A DNA stretch of 34,707 bases, taken from Candidatus Sulfopaludibacter sp. SbA3. Lineage in GTDB: Bacteria; Acidobacteriota; Terriglobia; 2-12-FULL-54-10. The stretch is taken from assembly GCA_945865705.1 (NCBI GenBank), contig CAMBEY010000003.1:1-34707 (forward strand), read 5' to 3'. The position numbers were made by a program, and so were the translations under genes. Below, piece by piece: positions 33,536-34,707 of the stretch. The first letter of the stretch is position 1, and the number at the start of each line of letters is the position of its first letter. The notes under the pieces were generated by a model, which worked only from the letters and a program-made list of their open reading frames with translations, made no database searches and was not told where the DNA came from.

Positions 33536-33988
33536 ATGACGCCAAGGCTAGCCGATGCAACCAATCTCCGTCGCTTCCTATTGCTCATTCTGCTCACCGA
33601 GATGATTGGCATCGGCGTCGAGTTGGTGCTGTCCGGGCATACGGAAGATATCTGGCAGTGGGTGCCGCTGGCGCTGATACTTGTCGCGCTGCTGACGTTC
33701 GGATGGGCGGCGTTCGCCAAACGCGCCGCGCCGGTTCGCATCATTCAGGCGCTGATGGCGCTGTTCATCGTGAGCGGTCTCATCGGCACGCTGCTGCACT
33801 ATCGCGCCAAGGCGGAGTTCCAGATGGAAGTGAACCCGGCGCTCACCGGCGCGGCGCTGTTCTGGGAGGCGATGAAAAGCCAGGCTCCGCCGGCGCTCGC
33901 CCCCGGTGTTATGATTCAGATGGGCCTGCTGGGATTGGCCTGGGCCTACGGCCACCCGGCGCTCGCAAAGAAACCAGAAGAATCGTAG
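33536..33988 (+). CDS. Hypothetical integral membrane protein (about 4 TM)
   Basis: Four hydrophobic segments with His residues (SGHTE, LLHYR) and PPALAPG. Confidence 0.75.
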   Translation: MTPRLADATNLRRFLLLILLTEMIGIGVELVLSGHTEDIWQWVPLALILVALLTFGWAAFAKRAAPVRIIQALMALFIVSGLIGTLLHYRAKAEFQMEVNPALTGAALFWEAMKSQAPPALAPGVMIQMGLLGLAWAYGHPALAKKPEES

Positions 33989-34033
33989 TTCGCCATCATC
34001 GAATTTAATCAACCACTTTCCAAGGAGATATAA

Positions 34034-34702
34034 ATGATCCATACAACCGTTGCAGCAATCGTATCCGTCCGCCGCGCCACGCTGTTGCTGGCGCTGATCG
34101 CGCTCACTGTCGGCATGGCCGTTCGCGGGCACGCGCAGCTCGGCAATCAGGCCGGGATGCTCGAAGCCAACACCGCCACCGAGGCGCAACTCGCCGCGCT
34201 GCCGCACCTGAACGCCGACCTGGCGAAGGCCGTGCTGGCCGGCCGCCCGTTCCTCAGAGTGGTGGATCTGAACGCTCTCTTGAGCAAGTCGCTCAAGCCC
34301 GAGCAGCTCGCCGAGTTGTACGCCAAAATTTTCGTCCACATCAATCTCAACTCCGCCAGCGACGCCGAGATGCAGTTGATCCCTGGAATGGGTGCGCGCA
34401 TGGTGCGCGAGTTCAAGGAATATCGCCCCTACAAGACGCTCGACCAGTTCCGTAAGGAGATGGGGAAATACGTCAACGCGACGGAAGTGGCGCGCCTGGA
34501 GCGCTACGTCTTCATCCCGCTGAACCTGAACACCGCCGCCGACGCCGACCTGAACACCATCCCCGGCCTGGGCGCGCGCATGTTGAAGGAGTTCAAGGAG
34601 TATCGCCCGTACAAGACCATCGAGCAGTTCCGCAAGGAGATGGGCAAATACGTGAACGCTAAAGAAGTCGCCCGCCTGGAGCGCTACATCACCATCAACT
34701 AA
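34034..34702 (+). CDS. Exported helix-hairpin-helix (ComEA/PsbU-like) repeat protein
   Basis: AAGGAG RBS, signal peptide, three (I/L)N(L/A)N(S/T)A...IPG.G units, RPY motifs. Confidence 0.82.
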   Translation: MIHTTVAAIVSVRRATLLLALIALTVGMAVRGHAQLGNQAGMLEANTATEAQLAALPHLNADLAKAVLAGRPFLRVVDLNALLSKSLKPEQLAELYAKIFVHINLNSASDAEMQLIPGMGARMVREFKEYRPYKTLDQFRKEMGKYVNATEVARLERYVFIPLNLNTAADADLNTIPGLGARMLKEFKEYRPYKTIEQFRKEMGKYVNAKEVARLERYITIN

Positions 34703-34707
34703 ATTGC

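Overview
GC-rich bacterial chromosomal segment, most likely from an Acidobacteriota genome (inferred from the Oar/carboxypeptidase-regulatory-type TonB receptor, the HipA-like kinase type and the REP families; not verified). The core backbone is: partial SAM methyltransferase, TonB-dependent receptor, TPR protein, ChbG/HpnK deacetylase plus GT2, apt, acyP, cdaA-cdaR-glmM, HipA-like kinase, acidic/basic H1-like protein, dual-specificity phosphatase, gltBD with a divergent LysR, L,D-transpeptidase, uvrB, ppk2, NHL-repeat protein, OsmC-like protein and an HhH protein. The most notable structure is an integrase-free stack of accessory modules (Phd-RelE, a PD-(D/E)XK-like ORF, HicBA, a uridine-kinase-like gene) downstream of uvrB, punctuated by two extra diverged copies of the uvrB 3' end. 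The ORF track misses several things: an 18-aa Lys-rich microprotein with its own promoter, RBS and terminator; a 48-aa basic CxxCxxH protein; an OsmC-like selenoprotein (in-frame UGA plus SECIS-like hairpin); and a REP palindrome sitting in-frame inside a methyltransferase gene. At least four REP-like palindrome families are present. No tRNA, rRNA, CRISPR array, integrase or transposase was recognised. All family calls are by eye from motifs; no searches were run.
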